A stretch of DNA of 64,000 nucleotides from the human T2T-CHM13v2.0 reference genome, Homo sapiens. A program made the position numbers and the translations under genes. The DNA lies in NCBI RefSeq assembly GCF_009914755.1, contig NC_060925.1; one strand, 5' to 3'. The notes beneath the pieces are model-generated. The model saw only the letters and a program-made list of their open reading frames with translations, made no database searches and was not told where the DNA came from. Of the stretch, positions 1-14,720 are shown piece by piece; positions within the stretch are counted from its first letter, which is position 1; every line of letters starts with the position of its first letter.

Positions 1-132
1 ACTTTGGGACCACAGCAAAAGAGAGTAGTGGCAACGGGGCCCCTGAGGAGCGGCTGCGGGAGAATGGAGATGCCCTGTCTCGAGAGGGGTCCCTAGGCCC
101 CCTTCCAGGCTCTTCTGCCCAGCCTCACAAAG
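1..132 (+). CDS. CELSR2: CELSR2 third-last coding exon (5' end outside window), cytoplasmic tail ...FGTTAKESSGNGAPEERLRENG...AQPHK
   Basis: Open frame matching the CELSR2 C-tail; donor AG|GTGAGT at 132/133. Confidence 0.93.
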
Positions 133-231
133 GTGAGTGGGGCACCCCCAGCTGCCGAGCTCCCCTAGTCAGCAGCCTCATACCTCACATTCTCCTGTGG
201 CCGCACCTCACAGCCCCGCCCCGGCCCACAG

Positions 232-466
232 GCATCCTTAAGAAGAAGTGTCTGCCCACCATCAGCGAGAAGAGCAGCCTCCTGCGGCTCCCCCTGGAGC
301 AATGCACAGGGTCTTCCCGGGGCTCCTCCGCTAGTGAGGGCAGCCGGGGCGGCCCCCCTCCCCGCCCACCGCCCCGGCAGAGCCTCCAGGAGCAGCTGAA
401 CGGGGTCATGCCCATCGCCATGAGCATCAAGGCAGGCACGGTGGATGAGGACTCGTCAGGCTCCGA
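232..466 (+). CDS. CELSR2: CELSR2 penultimate exon (G)ILKKKCLPTISEKSSLL...AGTVDEDSSGS(E)
   Basis: cacag| acceptor at 231, GA|GTGAGT donor at 466; phase consistent with flanking exons. Confidence 0.95.
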
Positions 467-817
467 GTGAGTGTGGCCGGGTGGGCGGGACGGGGTGCAG
501 CCCCTCGGAGGCCTCACCTGGGCCCAGAGCTGCCTCCGGGCCTCCCCAGGTGACTCTGGATGGCATTTGGAGGACAAATGGGCAGAACTGGCCCAGCTCC
601 CTTACTATGCCGTGCCCACAAACCATGGTGCCTTGCGGGGAGGGCCACCCCTCCTAGGCTCTACGCGGCGCAGCCCAGCCTAGGGCAGAGTGCGGGAGGA
701 TGGGGAGCTGGGGGTGCTTTCCTGTTTCCTTCGTCTGGTGAAAGCTTTCACTCTCTCCTCTGTTTCAACTAACCCTCTGTCTGCCTTTTCTGCCACTTTC
801 CTTTCCTGCCTCTCCAG

Positions 818-845
818 ATTTCTCTTCTTTAACTTCCTGCATTAA
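818..845 (+). CDS. CELSR2: CELSR2 last coding segment (E)FLFFNFLH-stop
   Basis: Long polypyrimidine tract, ctccag| at 817, TAA at 843-845. Confidence 0.93.
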
Positions 846-1754
846 CCCTGGGCCGTGGTTCCTACGCCCGAGGCTCCCTTCCCTTCCCCAGCCGCACTCA
901 TGCCCTGCTCCTGTCTTGTGCTTTATCCTGCCCCGCTCCCCATCGCCTGCCCGCAGCAGCGACGAAACGTCCATCTGAGGAGCCTGGGCCTTGCCGGGAG
1001 GGGTACTCACCCCACCTAAGGCCATCTAGTGCCAACTCCCCCCCCACCATTCCCCTCACTGCACTTTGGACCCCTGGGGCCAACATCTCCAAGACAAAGT
1101 TTTTCAGAAAAGAGGAAAAAAAGAATTTAAAAAAGGATCTCCACTCTTCATGACTTCAGGGATTCATTTTTTTTATACGCTGGAAATTGACTCCCCTTTC
1201 CCTTCCCAAAGAGGATAGGACCTCCCAGGATGCTTCCCAGCCTCTCCTCAGTTTCCCATCTGCTGTGCCTCTGGGAGGAGAGGGACTCCTGGGGGGCCTG
1301 CCCCTCATACGCCATCACCAAAAGGAAAGGACAAAGCCACACGCAGCCAGGGCTTCACACCCTTCAGGCTGCACCCGGGCAGGCCTCAGAACGGTGAGGG
1401 GCCAGGGCAAAGGGTGTGTCTCGTCCTGCCCGCACTGCCTCTCCCAGGAACTGGAAAAGCCCTGTCCGGTGAGGGGGCAGAAGGACTCAGCGCCCCTGGA
1501 CCCCCAAATGCTGCATGAACACATTTTCAGGGGAGCCTGTGCCCCCAGGCGGGGGTCGGGCAGCCCCAGCCCCTCTCCTTTTCCTGGACTCTGGCCGTGC
1601 GCGGCAGCCCAGGTGTTTGCTCAGTTGCTGACCCAAAAGTGCTTCATTTTTCGTGCCCGCCCCGCGCCCCGGGCAGGCCAGTCATGTGTTAAGTTGCGCT
1701 TCTTTGCTGTGATGTGGGTGGGGGAGGAAGAGTAAACACAGTGCTGGCTCGGCT

Positions 1755-1775
1755 GCCCTGAGGGTGCTCAATCAA
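1755..1775 (+). promoter_or_regulatory. Hepatic enhancer variant site (rs12740374 context); G allele at 1764, C/EBP motif not formed
   Basis: CCCTGAGG[G]TGCTCAATC; T at 1764 would give TTGCTCAAT (C/EBP). rsID from recall. Confidence 0.85.
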
Positions 1776-2525
1776 GCACAGGTTTCAAGTCTGGGTTCTG
1801 GTGTCCACTCACCCACCCCACCCCCCAAAATCAGACAAATGCTACTTTGTCTAACCTGCTGTGGCCTCTGAGACATGTTCTATTTTTAACCCCTTCTTGG
1901 AATTGGCTCTCTTCTTCAAAGGACCAGGTCCTGTTCCTCTTTCTCCCCGACTCCACCCCAGCTCCCTGTGAAGAGAGAGTTAATATATTTGTTTTATTTA
2001 TTTGCTTTTTGCGTTGGGATGGGTTCGTGTCCAGTCCCGGGGGTCTGATATGGCCATCACAGGCTGGGTGTTCCCAGCAGCCCTGGCTTGGGGGCTTGAC
2101 GCCCTTCCCCTTGCCCCAGGCCATCATCTCCCCACCTCTCCTCCCCTCTCCTCAGTTTTGCCGACTGCTTTTCATCTGAGTCACCATTTACTCCAAGCAT
2201 GTATTCCAGACTTGTCACTGACTTTCCTTCTGGAGCAGGTGGCTAGAAAAAGAGGCTGTGGGCAGGAAAGAAAGGCTCCTGTTTCTCATTTGTGAGGCCA
2301 GCCTCTGGCTTTTCTGCCGTGGATTCTCCCCCTGTCTTCTCCCCTCAGCAATTCCTGCAAAGGGTTAAAAATTTAACTGGTTTTTACTACTGATGACTTG
2401 ATTTAAAAAAAATACAAAGATGCTGGATGCTAACTTGATACTAACCATCAGATTGTACAGTTTGGTTGTTGCTGTAAATATGGTAGCGTTTTGTTGTTGT
2501 TGTTTTTTCATGCCCCATACTACTG

Positions 2526-2531
2526 AATAAA
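2526..2531 (+). terminator. CELSR2: CELSR2 polyadenylation signal
   Basis: AATAAA. Confidence 0.8.
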
Positions 2532-3156
2532 CTAGTTCTGTGCGGGTACAGCACTGTCACTGTCCGCTTCTGTGTGGTACCCTGTCCTCCCACAGGGAGG
2601 AAGGTCTGGTCTCTGGAAAACAGAAGAGCCGGCAGGGCCCAGAAGGCCCCACCGGGAGGTCGGGAGACTCAGACACCACTGGCTGATAAGCCTGTCCCTC
2701 TGCCTATGTCCATGACACTGCTCCCAAATAGCTGGATCAGCACAGAGCCCATTTCCTGGCATTTCCAAGGAAGACATGGTGGGCGGGCAGGAAGGTGTCC
2801 TTTTCACCAGGACGGAAAGGACTTCTACGGTGGGAGAGGCTGCACGGGGCAGGCAGCCTTCCAGCCCAGCCCCTCAGGGCTGAGTCCTAGACAGGGATGA
2901 GTTTTCTGGGGCAGAATTCAAGAAGCAGGGAGGGCTGCATTGAGAGGCTGGTTGGAATTGAATGGTGGTCAGTGACTCAGTGCCTCCTAACTATACTGCT
3001 CAGGGTTGTTTTTTGTTTTTTTTTTCCCATTGGAAAATGAAGCAGCTACTCATACTGAAGCCAAGTGTGTGCTTTGCAACATTACTTCTCAGCCTAAGTT
3101 TTGTTTTTGTGTATATATATGATATATATTTAAAAGTATATATGCTTTTTAAATTT

Positions 3157-3273
3157 AATAGAGGCGGGGTCTCACTATGTTGATCAGGCTGGTCTTGAAT
3201 TCCTAGGCTCAAGTGATCCTCCCGCCTTGGCCTCCCAAACTGGGGTCACAGATATGAGCTACCGCATCCGGCC
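3157..3273 (-). mobile_element. Alu left monomer (FLAM/AluJ-like)
   Basis: Reverse-complement Alu left arm. Confidence 0.8.
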
Positions 3274-3325
3274 TAGTTCCAAGTTTTGTGTTTGTCGAAG
3301 TTCCATTCAATAAACTAGAAAGGCA

Positions 3326-3664
<339 letters not shown>

Positions 3665-3682
3665 TTAAGAACACAAACCCTA

Positions 3683-4170
<488 letters not shown>

Positions 4171-5668
4171 TTGTTGCTACTGGGTGCAATGGAAGAGTGC
4201 ACAGAGAGAAAAAGTAGAAAGCCAGGCCCAAAGGGAAGGAGACAGGCAGGTGGCTGAACAAGAAGGGCAGCCATGGCAGGAGGGCCTCCTCCCTGACTGG
4301 CACTGCTTACTGAAAGTGCTGCTGAAGCAGGTTTAGAGTGGGAGGAGGTGGGGTGGGGACAAAACTCAAGGCTGACCAAGAGGGCGAACAGGATGTGCCA
4401 TGCCCTCTCCAGCCGCCAGGTGGCAACAACACATGGGTCTGCAGCTTGTTTTGCCTCTAAGGACCCACCCTGGACATGGCTCCACACAAACATGTCACCT
4501 TCTGGCCTCACCCAGGTGTGTACCTAAGCCTGCTGACCTTCCAGTGCTTCTATTGGCCCAGGAGCCACCAACAGGCCCTGCTCACTAGACACCAGTGCAG
4601 GGCGCAGCTGGGAAGCACACCTGAGGTTTCTTGCCTTACGCCAAATTTCTCCAGAGCTGAATACTCCGTGTCTGTCTGCATACCCCTTCCCTCCCACCGA
4701 TTCCTGGAATCCCAGAGGCTGCGGGAGTTGCTGCAGAATTCAGGGAAAGGTGCATATCTAGGCACTGTCACTGAAGTAGGTGAATGTGCCAGGTGAACCT
4801 TGGAATCAGCCACAAAAAGGGGAAAGCAGTGATGGGCCTCTGGCTCCAGGGACAGGGCAAGGACACTTTGGTGCCTAAGTCAGGCATTTATGGCCAAATA
4901 GGCATGGGTGGGGGCACCAGCTGGCAGTCCCACTTCTCTTTGCCCACTTACCTGCTGCTTTTCTCAAGTCATGGCCTGACCTTCAGGGAGGGAAGTTTCC
5001 TCAAAACTCAGAAGGAATTGAATTGGTTCTGATTACTAGAGTTAAAGGCTGCAAAAAAAGGGAGGCCCTACACCAAATCTGTTAAACGTGTCTTTGTTAT
5101 TCCTTCAACAAACACCATCTTGCACTCGAATATCTTCTGAATAAATAAACTAAATGCTCTGCTACACACAGGTCACAACACTAGGGTACTGCAGAGGTTT
5201 CCGGATCCTGACGCTCACCCCCAAGTCTAACAGGGGAGATGAGGAGAGCACAGACAACCCCAGTGATGTTAGTTGGAGCCTGACTAGGTGTTCCAGCAGC
5301 TCTGGCTGAGGTGATCAGGGAAGATGAACACCACCAAAGGGCCTTCACGTCTCACAGGGAGAGCAAACAAGAAGCTGGTGCGTTTCTAGGAGGCTCCATT
5401 ATTTTGCCAGTAAAGGACATTCAAGTTTAGGATATAAATAAGAATCTACCTAGATCCTAGCTTAATAGCCTCACATACTGTTAATTAAGCTACACTTAAC
5501 TTTCATCTGGACCTTCCAATGATACCTGAGACCTGGGGAAAGGCAGCCTGTCCTTGTCTAATGCCAACAAGGGGAGCAGTCACAGCCTGATAAGCTGGAA
5601 TCTCAAGGCCCTAGGGCCTATTCAGGCCCCTGCCTAGGAGGCCCATCCTGGCTCCCTGCCTGGAATTA

Positions 5669-6387
<719 letters not shown>

Positions 6388-6952
6388 TTAGAAAAATGAA
6401 GACTCATAGAGTAAGCTTATCACAAACTGGCCTATTAGGAGTCACAGAATTCACAGGAAACAATTTCTGAAGACCAGGTGCCTGCTGCCACCTCTCCAAG
6501 CAGGCCAGAGTCCAGTAGAGAATGCGATTCAGGAAGATGGCTCCTCAGAGGGCAGGGAGGTTAGCTACGGAGGCCGCTCACGTGGAAATGTCCAGTGAAC
6601 CAATGCCAAGGAAGAAGATAAAATTCTCTGGGGCTGACCACAACAGTGGGGGTGGATAAAGACAAACCACTTGCCTGTACTTCTCATCTTCTATTTGTTC
6701 ATTTCACTGCTGGAAGGTGACCTCTTTTCCCCTAATCTTCTTTCAACCCAGAGAGTTTAAGTCTTCTCCAGCTCAATCCTAATCCACCCCATTTCCCATG
6801 GTCTCTACTCCTGGGAGACCAGCCCTGGTGGCATCTCTTCCTCCTGTCCCTGGGCCAGAATCTGCTGGAGTCAGGGTCTGCTGGGTAGAGGCGAGTCCAG
6901 GTACTGACTGTAGTGGTTTGCTACTGAAGTCTTGCTTGCTGTCCTGATCTCT

Positions 6953-6956
6953 TTAC
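6953..6956 (-). CDS. PSRC1: PSRC1 final coding bases (completes Arg + TAA); 3'UTR runs to ~6360
   Basis: ttag|G TAA; total CDS 1092 nt = 363 aa. Confidence 0.85.
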
Positions 6957-7195
6957 CTAAAGAAATAGAAGGAATAACTGCTTTAAAATGCCCTTCTTCC
7001 TCAAGCCCATTTGTCACCCAGCAGAATTCAAGCTCCTCAGGGTGGGAAGAAATGGGATCCCCCTTCCCCTGCCCCAGGCTCCCCTCCTCTCTCCATCTTT
7101 CCATACAAAATTCAGGGCTGATGTGCATAACAGCTTGGAATCCCAGATGATGGCGGGGTAGGGAGACAGGATGGGCAAGGGAGGACCAGACTGAC

Positions 7196-7289
7196 CTGGT
7201 AGGTCCTGGGACTGCCACTTTCCTGGGGGGCTGCAGATTGCTGCGAGTGGCACCCATGACAGGAAGATTTAGTCGCTGGGAAACAGGAA
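7196..7289 (-). CDS. PSRC1: PSRC1 coding exon (V)[30 protein letters not shown](R)
   Basis: aag| acceptor, AG|gtcag donor, phase fits. Confidence 0.9.
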
Positions 7290-7576
7290 CTTCATGGGGG
7301 TTAACAAAAGAAATGAGTTAGCAGCAAGTTTAACTGACCTCGAAAAGAAATACTGGATGAAGGGAGCGAGTGTGGGATTAGTACTCTCCCCCTGACCATG
7401 AGGTATTTGAAAACTAAGACTCAGACTCTGTCCAGCCCCATATCCTCTCTGTAACTCAGTCTCCCCATCTTCCAATTGAATTGCAATAAGGATGGCAAAA
7501 GTGGTCACTGTTGACAGCTCTGGGAGGGTGAGGACACGCTGGGCAAGGGCGGGCATTCTTCCTCCTGACCTCTTAC

Positions 7577-8051
7577 CCTTGTGTCCACTTTCCCGCACTC
7601 TGTGTCCTGCAGTGCTTGGTCTTGGAAGCCCTTTTCGAGTTGACAGAGAATCCGGAGGTAGGGCACCTCTGCCAGGTGGCACACTCCGGCTGGTGAGTGG
7701 CATTCGGCTGGCAGGCCTGGGGATGGCCGAGGGAATGGGCAGTTGACTGGAAGATTTAGCAGCTGCTCCCTGCGGCCGGGGCAGGCGTTGAGAGTTGCTG
7801 GTAGAAGGCTGTGGGGCCAGGACGGATCTGATGGGGGTGGGTGGGCCTGGTGGAGAGGGGTGGAGAAATTTCAGGGTCAATCCCACAAACTCCCCACTCC
7901 CACTCACCCGCAACTTGGCTGCTCTGGTCTCCTCACTGGCTGCTGCTCTCCCACTGGGCCCGGCTCTCCCCCGGACTGGGGGAGTCGATCGGGTAAGAGG
8001 AGAAGATGCTGGGCTTTTGGATGCAGGGAACAGATTGCAAGTGGGTGACTC
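7577..8051 (-). CDS. PSRC1: PSRC1 coding exon ESPTCNLF...RESGHK (Pro/Ser-rich; contains 90-nt exitron)
   Basis: ORF 7269..8060; tttcag| acceptor, G|gtaag donor. Confidence 0.93.
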
Positions 8052-8418
8052 CTGAAACACAAAGAGAGAGAGAAAAAAGACTAGAGTGGAAAAAATATCT
8101 GTTCTGTGGCTTAAGGAATTAAGAAATAGAGGTGGAGAGTTGTCTACATCCCAGTAAGGAAGGGTAGAAGTTAGCTGCTAACATCACCACATCACCATCA
8201 CCATCACTATTGCCAATACCATTTATTGAGTTTATCATAGACATATACTCAGACACTGTGGTAAGAGTTTTGGTTCTCTTTTTTCATGGTTCTCATTTAA
8301 TTCCAACAATTCTAGATGTAGAAATGCTATCCCTGTTTTACCAATAAGGAAACCACTCCCTGCATCATGGCACACACCATGTCTGGGGCACACCTCCAAC
8401 TCAACTCTCTCAACTCAC

Positions 8419-8860
8419 CCTCTTCATGTTGGAGGGCCTCTTTCCAGATGTAGCCCGGAGAGCCCTGACTGACCCCTTCCTATCATTACTCCGGAGTCGA
8501 GGCGTCAGGCTGCTTGGGGAGGGGGTGCTCCGCGTCAAAGAGTTCACAGTGGGCAGCAGGTCTCGGACAGGACTATCCTTCAGCACAAAGGTCTCCCGCC
8601 GAGGACTGGGCTTCACTCGGCGAGGCCCCAGGCCCTCGCCTGCGCTCTCCCGATCCTGCAGGGCACACTGCTCCAGCTGAGCGGCCAGCCGGTTGGCCTC
8701 ATCGAGGATCTCCTCCAGCTTCTCTGGACTGAGGGGGCCTAGGCTGAGCCTCACACCCTGGGGGGCAGGTGCCACTGCATTTGGGTCACTTCGGTGGGAG
8801 AGGCCCCGTCGAAGTGGTTTCTCTGGAGTCACCAACACTGTTATGTCTTCCTCCTCACGG
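8419..8860 (-). CDS. PSRC1: PSRC1 coding exon (S)[15 protein letters not shown]...[21 protein letters not shown]...SNMKR
   Basis: ORF 8410..8943; GTSE1-like N-terminal coiled coil; canonical splice sites. Confidence 0.95.
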
Positions 8861-9317
8861 CTGAGACAGGAAACAAACCAGGCATCATGCCCATGCAAAA
8901 GGGAACAGGAGATTATGCAAGGGAGACTGCATAAAAGCCCCACAACAGAGCCAGGGACATGACCCTAGGCCCCGATGCCCATGCTGGCTGTGAGATGTGG
9001 CCTCTGGGCGATGAGATACCTGGTTCTATGGGGCCTAATAGGCCTTTAGCATTTACGGACATCAGAAATGATGCCAGGATGGAGATGCAGCAAATCCACT
9101 TATCCTTCTTCTTAACACCCTGAAATCTAACTCCAGCTTCTCCCTTCTCTCCCCGCTACCAATAGTGTCATAGAGGCCCGAGTCAGCCAGCCGCCCAGCA
9201 GCCCCAAGTGCGCCAAACCTTGCTAAGTTACCAACCCAAGCCAATAATTCAGCAGTAAGGGATTCGAGACAAAGAGGTACTGTTAGAGGAAAATAAGTGG
9301 GATAAAGAGGCTGGTAC

Positions 9318-9375
9318 CTGTCAGATGGTGACAGCCCCCCAAAGTCCAAGGTCTCATCCACAATAAACCTTACAT
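9318..9375 (-). CDS. PSRC1: PSRC1 coding exon (D)VRFIVDETLDFGGLSPSD
   Basis: ttcag| and AG|gtacc; phase fits. Confidence 0.92.
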
Positions 9376-9479
9376 CTGAAGGGGAAAGAAGAATGAAAGC
9401 CAGTCATGGGTCCCTGATGCAGCTCTCCATCGCTGGGTCTCACTCCTCCCTTTCATTCTTCCCTCCCTCCTTTCCTTAC

Positions 9480-9498
9480 CTTCCTCCAAATCCTCCAT
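9480..9498 (-). CDS. PSRC1: PSRC1 first coding exon MEDLEE
   Basis: gacATGG Kozak context; G|gtaag donor; likely acceptor at 9536. Confidence 0.9.
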
Positions 9499-9599
9499 GT
9501 CCAGCCAGCAGGAGCGAGAGTCCAGTTAGATCTGAGCTGGAGAGAAACCATACCTTTCCTCAGGTATCCATTCTGCCCAAGGCTCGCAGCTAGATTCAG

Positions 9600-10420
9600 G
9601 GTGCAAGCCAGGGTCGGGGGTCATGCTGGAGGCAAAGCAAGCGCCCAGGAGTGGCACCTCCCGCACAGCTACTCCTGCTACCTCCGGGAACGATACGGAG
9701 GGCTCCCCCAACTGCCCAGATTGCCCTGGAGCCGCCCTGCATCCTGGCCTCTCCTCACTGGGGGCGGCCTGCACGCCCCATCTTCCTCCCCGCCACTATC
9801 CTCAGGGTTCTGCACTCCCCAAGCCACCTTTCCACTCCCCTGGCATCACACGCGAAGCACACCTCCAGCCCACCCTGTGTCCACTTCCCGCGCCGCCTTA
9901 TCTTCCACGCAACAGGCTTTCTCCCGCAACCTAGTCCCGGGAATCAGCTCCGAGGGGGCGGGGCTCCTTTCGAATCTCTCAGGCCCCACCTACTCAAGCC
10001 ACACGCGCACCGTGATTGGTGAATCCTCAGGGGGAGGGGCTGAGGAGCTGCCGGCCGGAAGTCAGCCGGTGGGGGCTGGGGGAGAACCGTTCCCAGAAGA
10101 CTGCATCCCGGTGGCGGAGCCGAGGGTTGAGGCTGCGAGTGCGCGTGCTCGCGTGCGCGGAGACTCTCTTTCCCGTAGGCAGATGGGAGCAGAGCGCGGC
10201 TGGCCAGGAGGGAAGAAACGGACCCACGAGTATGGAACTCGCGCCCCGCCCCGCTCCCTCTGCTGGGCCGCCGAGCACCCAGTCTCCAGAACGGTTGTGC
10301 TGCCTAACGTGGCTGCTAACCGACGCTCTACGGGAGGAAATTCGTTTTCTTGGGCGCACTCAATATGCAGGCGCCGCATTGGCCGAGGTTCCTCAGTTGT
10401 GGGTTTTTTCCAAGTTAAGG
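9600..10420 (-). promoter_or_regulatory. PSRC1: PSRC1 CpG-island promoter
   Basis: CpG-dense; CCAAT (attgg ~10015, ~10378), ETS CCGGAAGT ~10055, NRF1-like GCGC repeats ~10140-10160, GC box ~9955, TTCGAA 9969-9974. Confidence 0.85.
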
Positions 10421-10862
10421 GAGCACCTAAACACTTATATTGTAGGTATATTGAGGTTCTCTTAGAAGTACATCCTCCATCGCCTCTTCAAGAACCTGAG
10501 GCAGCTGAGGTGCAAAGAAAGCAACGGGCTTTTCACGCAGGCAGGCTTAGGTTCAAATGCAACCCAAGTTTAACTGACCTCAGAACCCAAGTTTCGGTTT
10601 AGAGGCGGCTGCCTTGAGTATATTTGCCCTCTTTTCACCTCTCTTCGCTTATCTGTGAAAGGAGGATGTTGGTCCTCGCAGTTACGGTGTTACGAGGATA
10701 ATTATGAAGGCGTTTTCTACCGTGTGCCCTTAGGGGATTTAGAGGGGGTGTTTGTAAGTAGCCCCCTCTGAACTAAAAGCAGTATTTGTAAAATGCTTAA
10801 ACCAACTTGTTAGGAGTGTTGTCTCTGTTGTTTCTAAATGTTGCCCGGGCCACCAGTGAACT

Positions 10863-11487
10863 TGTCAGAGGCTTCAAACCAGAACGACTCCATCTGGAAT
10901 AGAGGCTGGGTAAAATAAGGTTGAGACCTGGGCTGTATTCCTAGGAGGTTAGGCATTCTAAGTCACAGGATGAGATAGGAGGTTGGCACAAGATACAGGT
11001 CACAAAGACCCTGGTGGTAAAACAGCATGCGGTAAAGAAGCCAGCCAAAACCTACCGAAACCAAGATGGCGATGAAACTGACCTCTGGAGGTCCTCAGTC
11101 CTCATTATACGCTAATTATAATGTATTAGCATGCTAAAAGACACTCCAGACAGCATCACCACGGTTTACAAATACCATGGCAACATCAGGAAATTACCCT
11201 ACATGGTCTAAAAAGGGGAGGAATTCTTAGTTCCAGGGAGTTGCCTACCCCTTTCCCGGAAAACTCATGAATAATTCATCCCTTGTTTAGCATATAATCA
11301 AGAAATAACCATAAAAATGGCCAACCAGCAGCCCTCCGGGCTGCTCTGCCTCTGGAGTAGGCATTCTTTATCCCTTTTCTTTCTTAATAAACTTGCTTTC
11401 ACTTTATGGACTTGCCCTGAATTATTTCCTGTGCAAGGGCCAAGAACCCTCTCTTGGGGTCTGGATCCGGACCCCTTTCTGGTAACA
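10863..11487 (+). mobile_element. MER41(B-like) ERV1 solo LTR
   Basis: TGTCAGAGGC...GACTCCATCT start, ...CTTTCTGGTAACA end, GAS TTCCCGGAA at 11253. Confidence 0.88.
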
Positions 11488-12303
<816 letters not shown>

Positions 12304-12736
12304 AACTGAGCTCCTAGAAAGGTTCTGAATATTTAAAGTGAAAAAGCCCTAAGGGAATGGTTGAGGAGCTTTCTGGTAAACAGAACCTGAGCTTTAGTCC
12401 TCAGAGTTCATGCCCATTTTTTTGGCCATTTATAGGCTTTCTTGTTTACTTTCTAGTTTTTGGCTGTGACGTTGAGGTGGTGAGGTCTGCAGGAGTGAGA
12501 TGTCACTGTAATAAATGCCACCAGAGACCAAGAAGCTGGAAACCAAAAATAAAATTCTAAGCCCCCCAACCAACTGAATGGACGGACCCCTTCTCTCTGA
12601 CAAGGGCATTCCAGATTTAACCTGGAAAACTAGTTCAGGCCATAATGGAAAGTGGGGGTTGGACATGCCTCATTATACTCTCTGCCCTTTGGGATTCAGG
12701 CACAGCTGACCAACATTAACATTAAAACAGAGATCT

Positions 12737-13378
<642 letters not shown>

Positions 13379-13403
13379 AGAAACAGACTTTTTGTAGCAA
13401 TAA

Positions 13404-13937
13404 TATTACTGGAAAGGGGTCCCAATCCAGACCCCAAGTGAGGGTTCTTGGATCTCACACGAGAAAGAATTCAAGGCGAGTCCATAAAGTGAAAGCAAGT
13501 TGATTAAGAAAGTAAAGGAATAAAGAATGGCTACTCCATAGGCAGAGCAGCCCGAGGGCTGGTGGTTGCCCATTTTTATGATTATTTCTTGATGATATGC
13601 TAAACAAGGGGTGGATTATTCATGCCTCCTTTTTTTAGACCATATAGGGTAACTTCTGGATGTTGCCATGGCATTTGTAAACTGTCATGGTGCTAGTGGG
13701 AGTGTAGCAGTGAGGTCACTCTCATCATCGTCTTGGTTTTGGTGGGTTTTAGCCGGCTTCTTTACTGCAACCTGTTTCATCAGCAAGGTCTTTATGACCT
13801 GTATCTTGTGCTGACCTCCTTAGGATCTCATCTTGTTACTTAGAATTCCTGTCTGGGAATGCAGCCCAGTAGGTCTCAGCCTTATTTAACCAGCCCCTAT
13901 TCAAGATGGAATTGCTCTGGTCGAAACGCCTCTGACA
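13404..13937 (-). mobile_element. MER41(A-like) solo LTR lacking the GAS segment
   Basis: Reverse MER41 termini; 4-bp TSD ATAA. Confidence 0.85.
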
Positions 13938-14084
13938 ATAAGACGCCAAATTCCAGCCTGATTCTAGTATAGTATCACATGACAGACAGTAGGCCCTGAA
14001 AGAAATTAAAGTATTTTACCTCAAAATATATTTTTCTTTTCTTTTTCTTTTTTTAGAAGCAAATGAAGGACAAAGTTTACTGTT

Positions 14085-14392
14085 CTTTTTTTTTTTTTCC
14101 TTTTGTTGTTGTTGTTGTTGAGACGGAGTCTCACTCTGTTGCCCAGGCTGGAGTCCAGTGGCACGATCTTGGCTCACTGCAAGCTCCACTTCCCGGGTTC
14201 ACGCCATTCTCCTGCCTCAAGTGGCTGGGACTACAGGCACCTGCCATCATGTCTGGCTAATTTTTTGTATTTTTAGTGGAGACGGGGTTTCACCGTGTTA
14301 GCCAGGATCGTCTCGATCTCCTGACCTCGTGATCCGCCCGCCTCGGCTTCCCAAAGTGCTGGGATTACAGGCGTGAGCCACCGCACCCGGCC
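14085..14392 (-). mobile_element. AluY with small internal deletion
   Basis: Reverse AluY diagnostics; imperfect TSD ACAAA(G/A)TTTA. Confidence 0.88.
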
Positions 14393-14504
14393 CACAAAAT
14401 TTATTTTAAAAGATGCTGCAAATTCACTCATCTGCTTCAAATAACTCCTGTCCTTTGGGATCCAGTTATGGGCAATGTACACGAGACTTTACCAGTGCAA
14501 TATA

Positions 14505-14720
14505 TATATTTTCAATAGGTCTTTGGGGAACAGGTGGGGTTTGGTTACATGAATAAGTTCTTTATGGTGATTTCTGAGATTTTGGTGCACCCATCACCCA
14601 AGCAGTGTACATTGCACCCAATTTGTAGTCTTTTATCCCTCACCCCATCCCACCCTTTCCCTGAGTCCCCAAAGTCCATTGTATCATTTTTATGCCTTTG
14701 TGTTCTCATAACTTAGCTCT
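14505..14720 (-). mobile_element. 5'-truncated L1PB-like 3' end
   Basis: ggggaacaggtggggtttggttacatgaataagttcttt...cataacttagctc resembles the reverse L1PB 3'UTR. Confidence 0.8.

Larger units (their letters stand above)
846..2550 (+). other. CELSR2: CELSR2 3'UTR
   Basis: Follows the stop; AATAAA at 2526-2531 then GU-rich sequence; 3' end approximate. Confidence 0.85.

Noticed and set aside
185-577. 130-aa minus-strand ORF
   Set aside because: Antisense shadow of a GC-rich CELSR2 exon
1187-1735. 182-aa ORF in the CELSR2 3'UTR
   Set aside because: Non-ATG start, GC-rich UTR, no homology recognised
9554-9571. Upstream ATG GAT ACC TGA beside a GT donor in PSRC1
   Set aside because: Three-codon uORF in a 5' exon whose structure cannot be fixed from sequence alone
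9601-10602. 333-aa + strand ORF over the PSRC1 promoter
   Set aside because: GTG start, GC-rich CpG island depleted of stops, no recognisable domain
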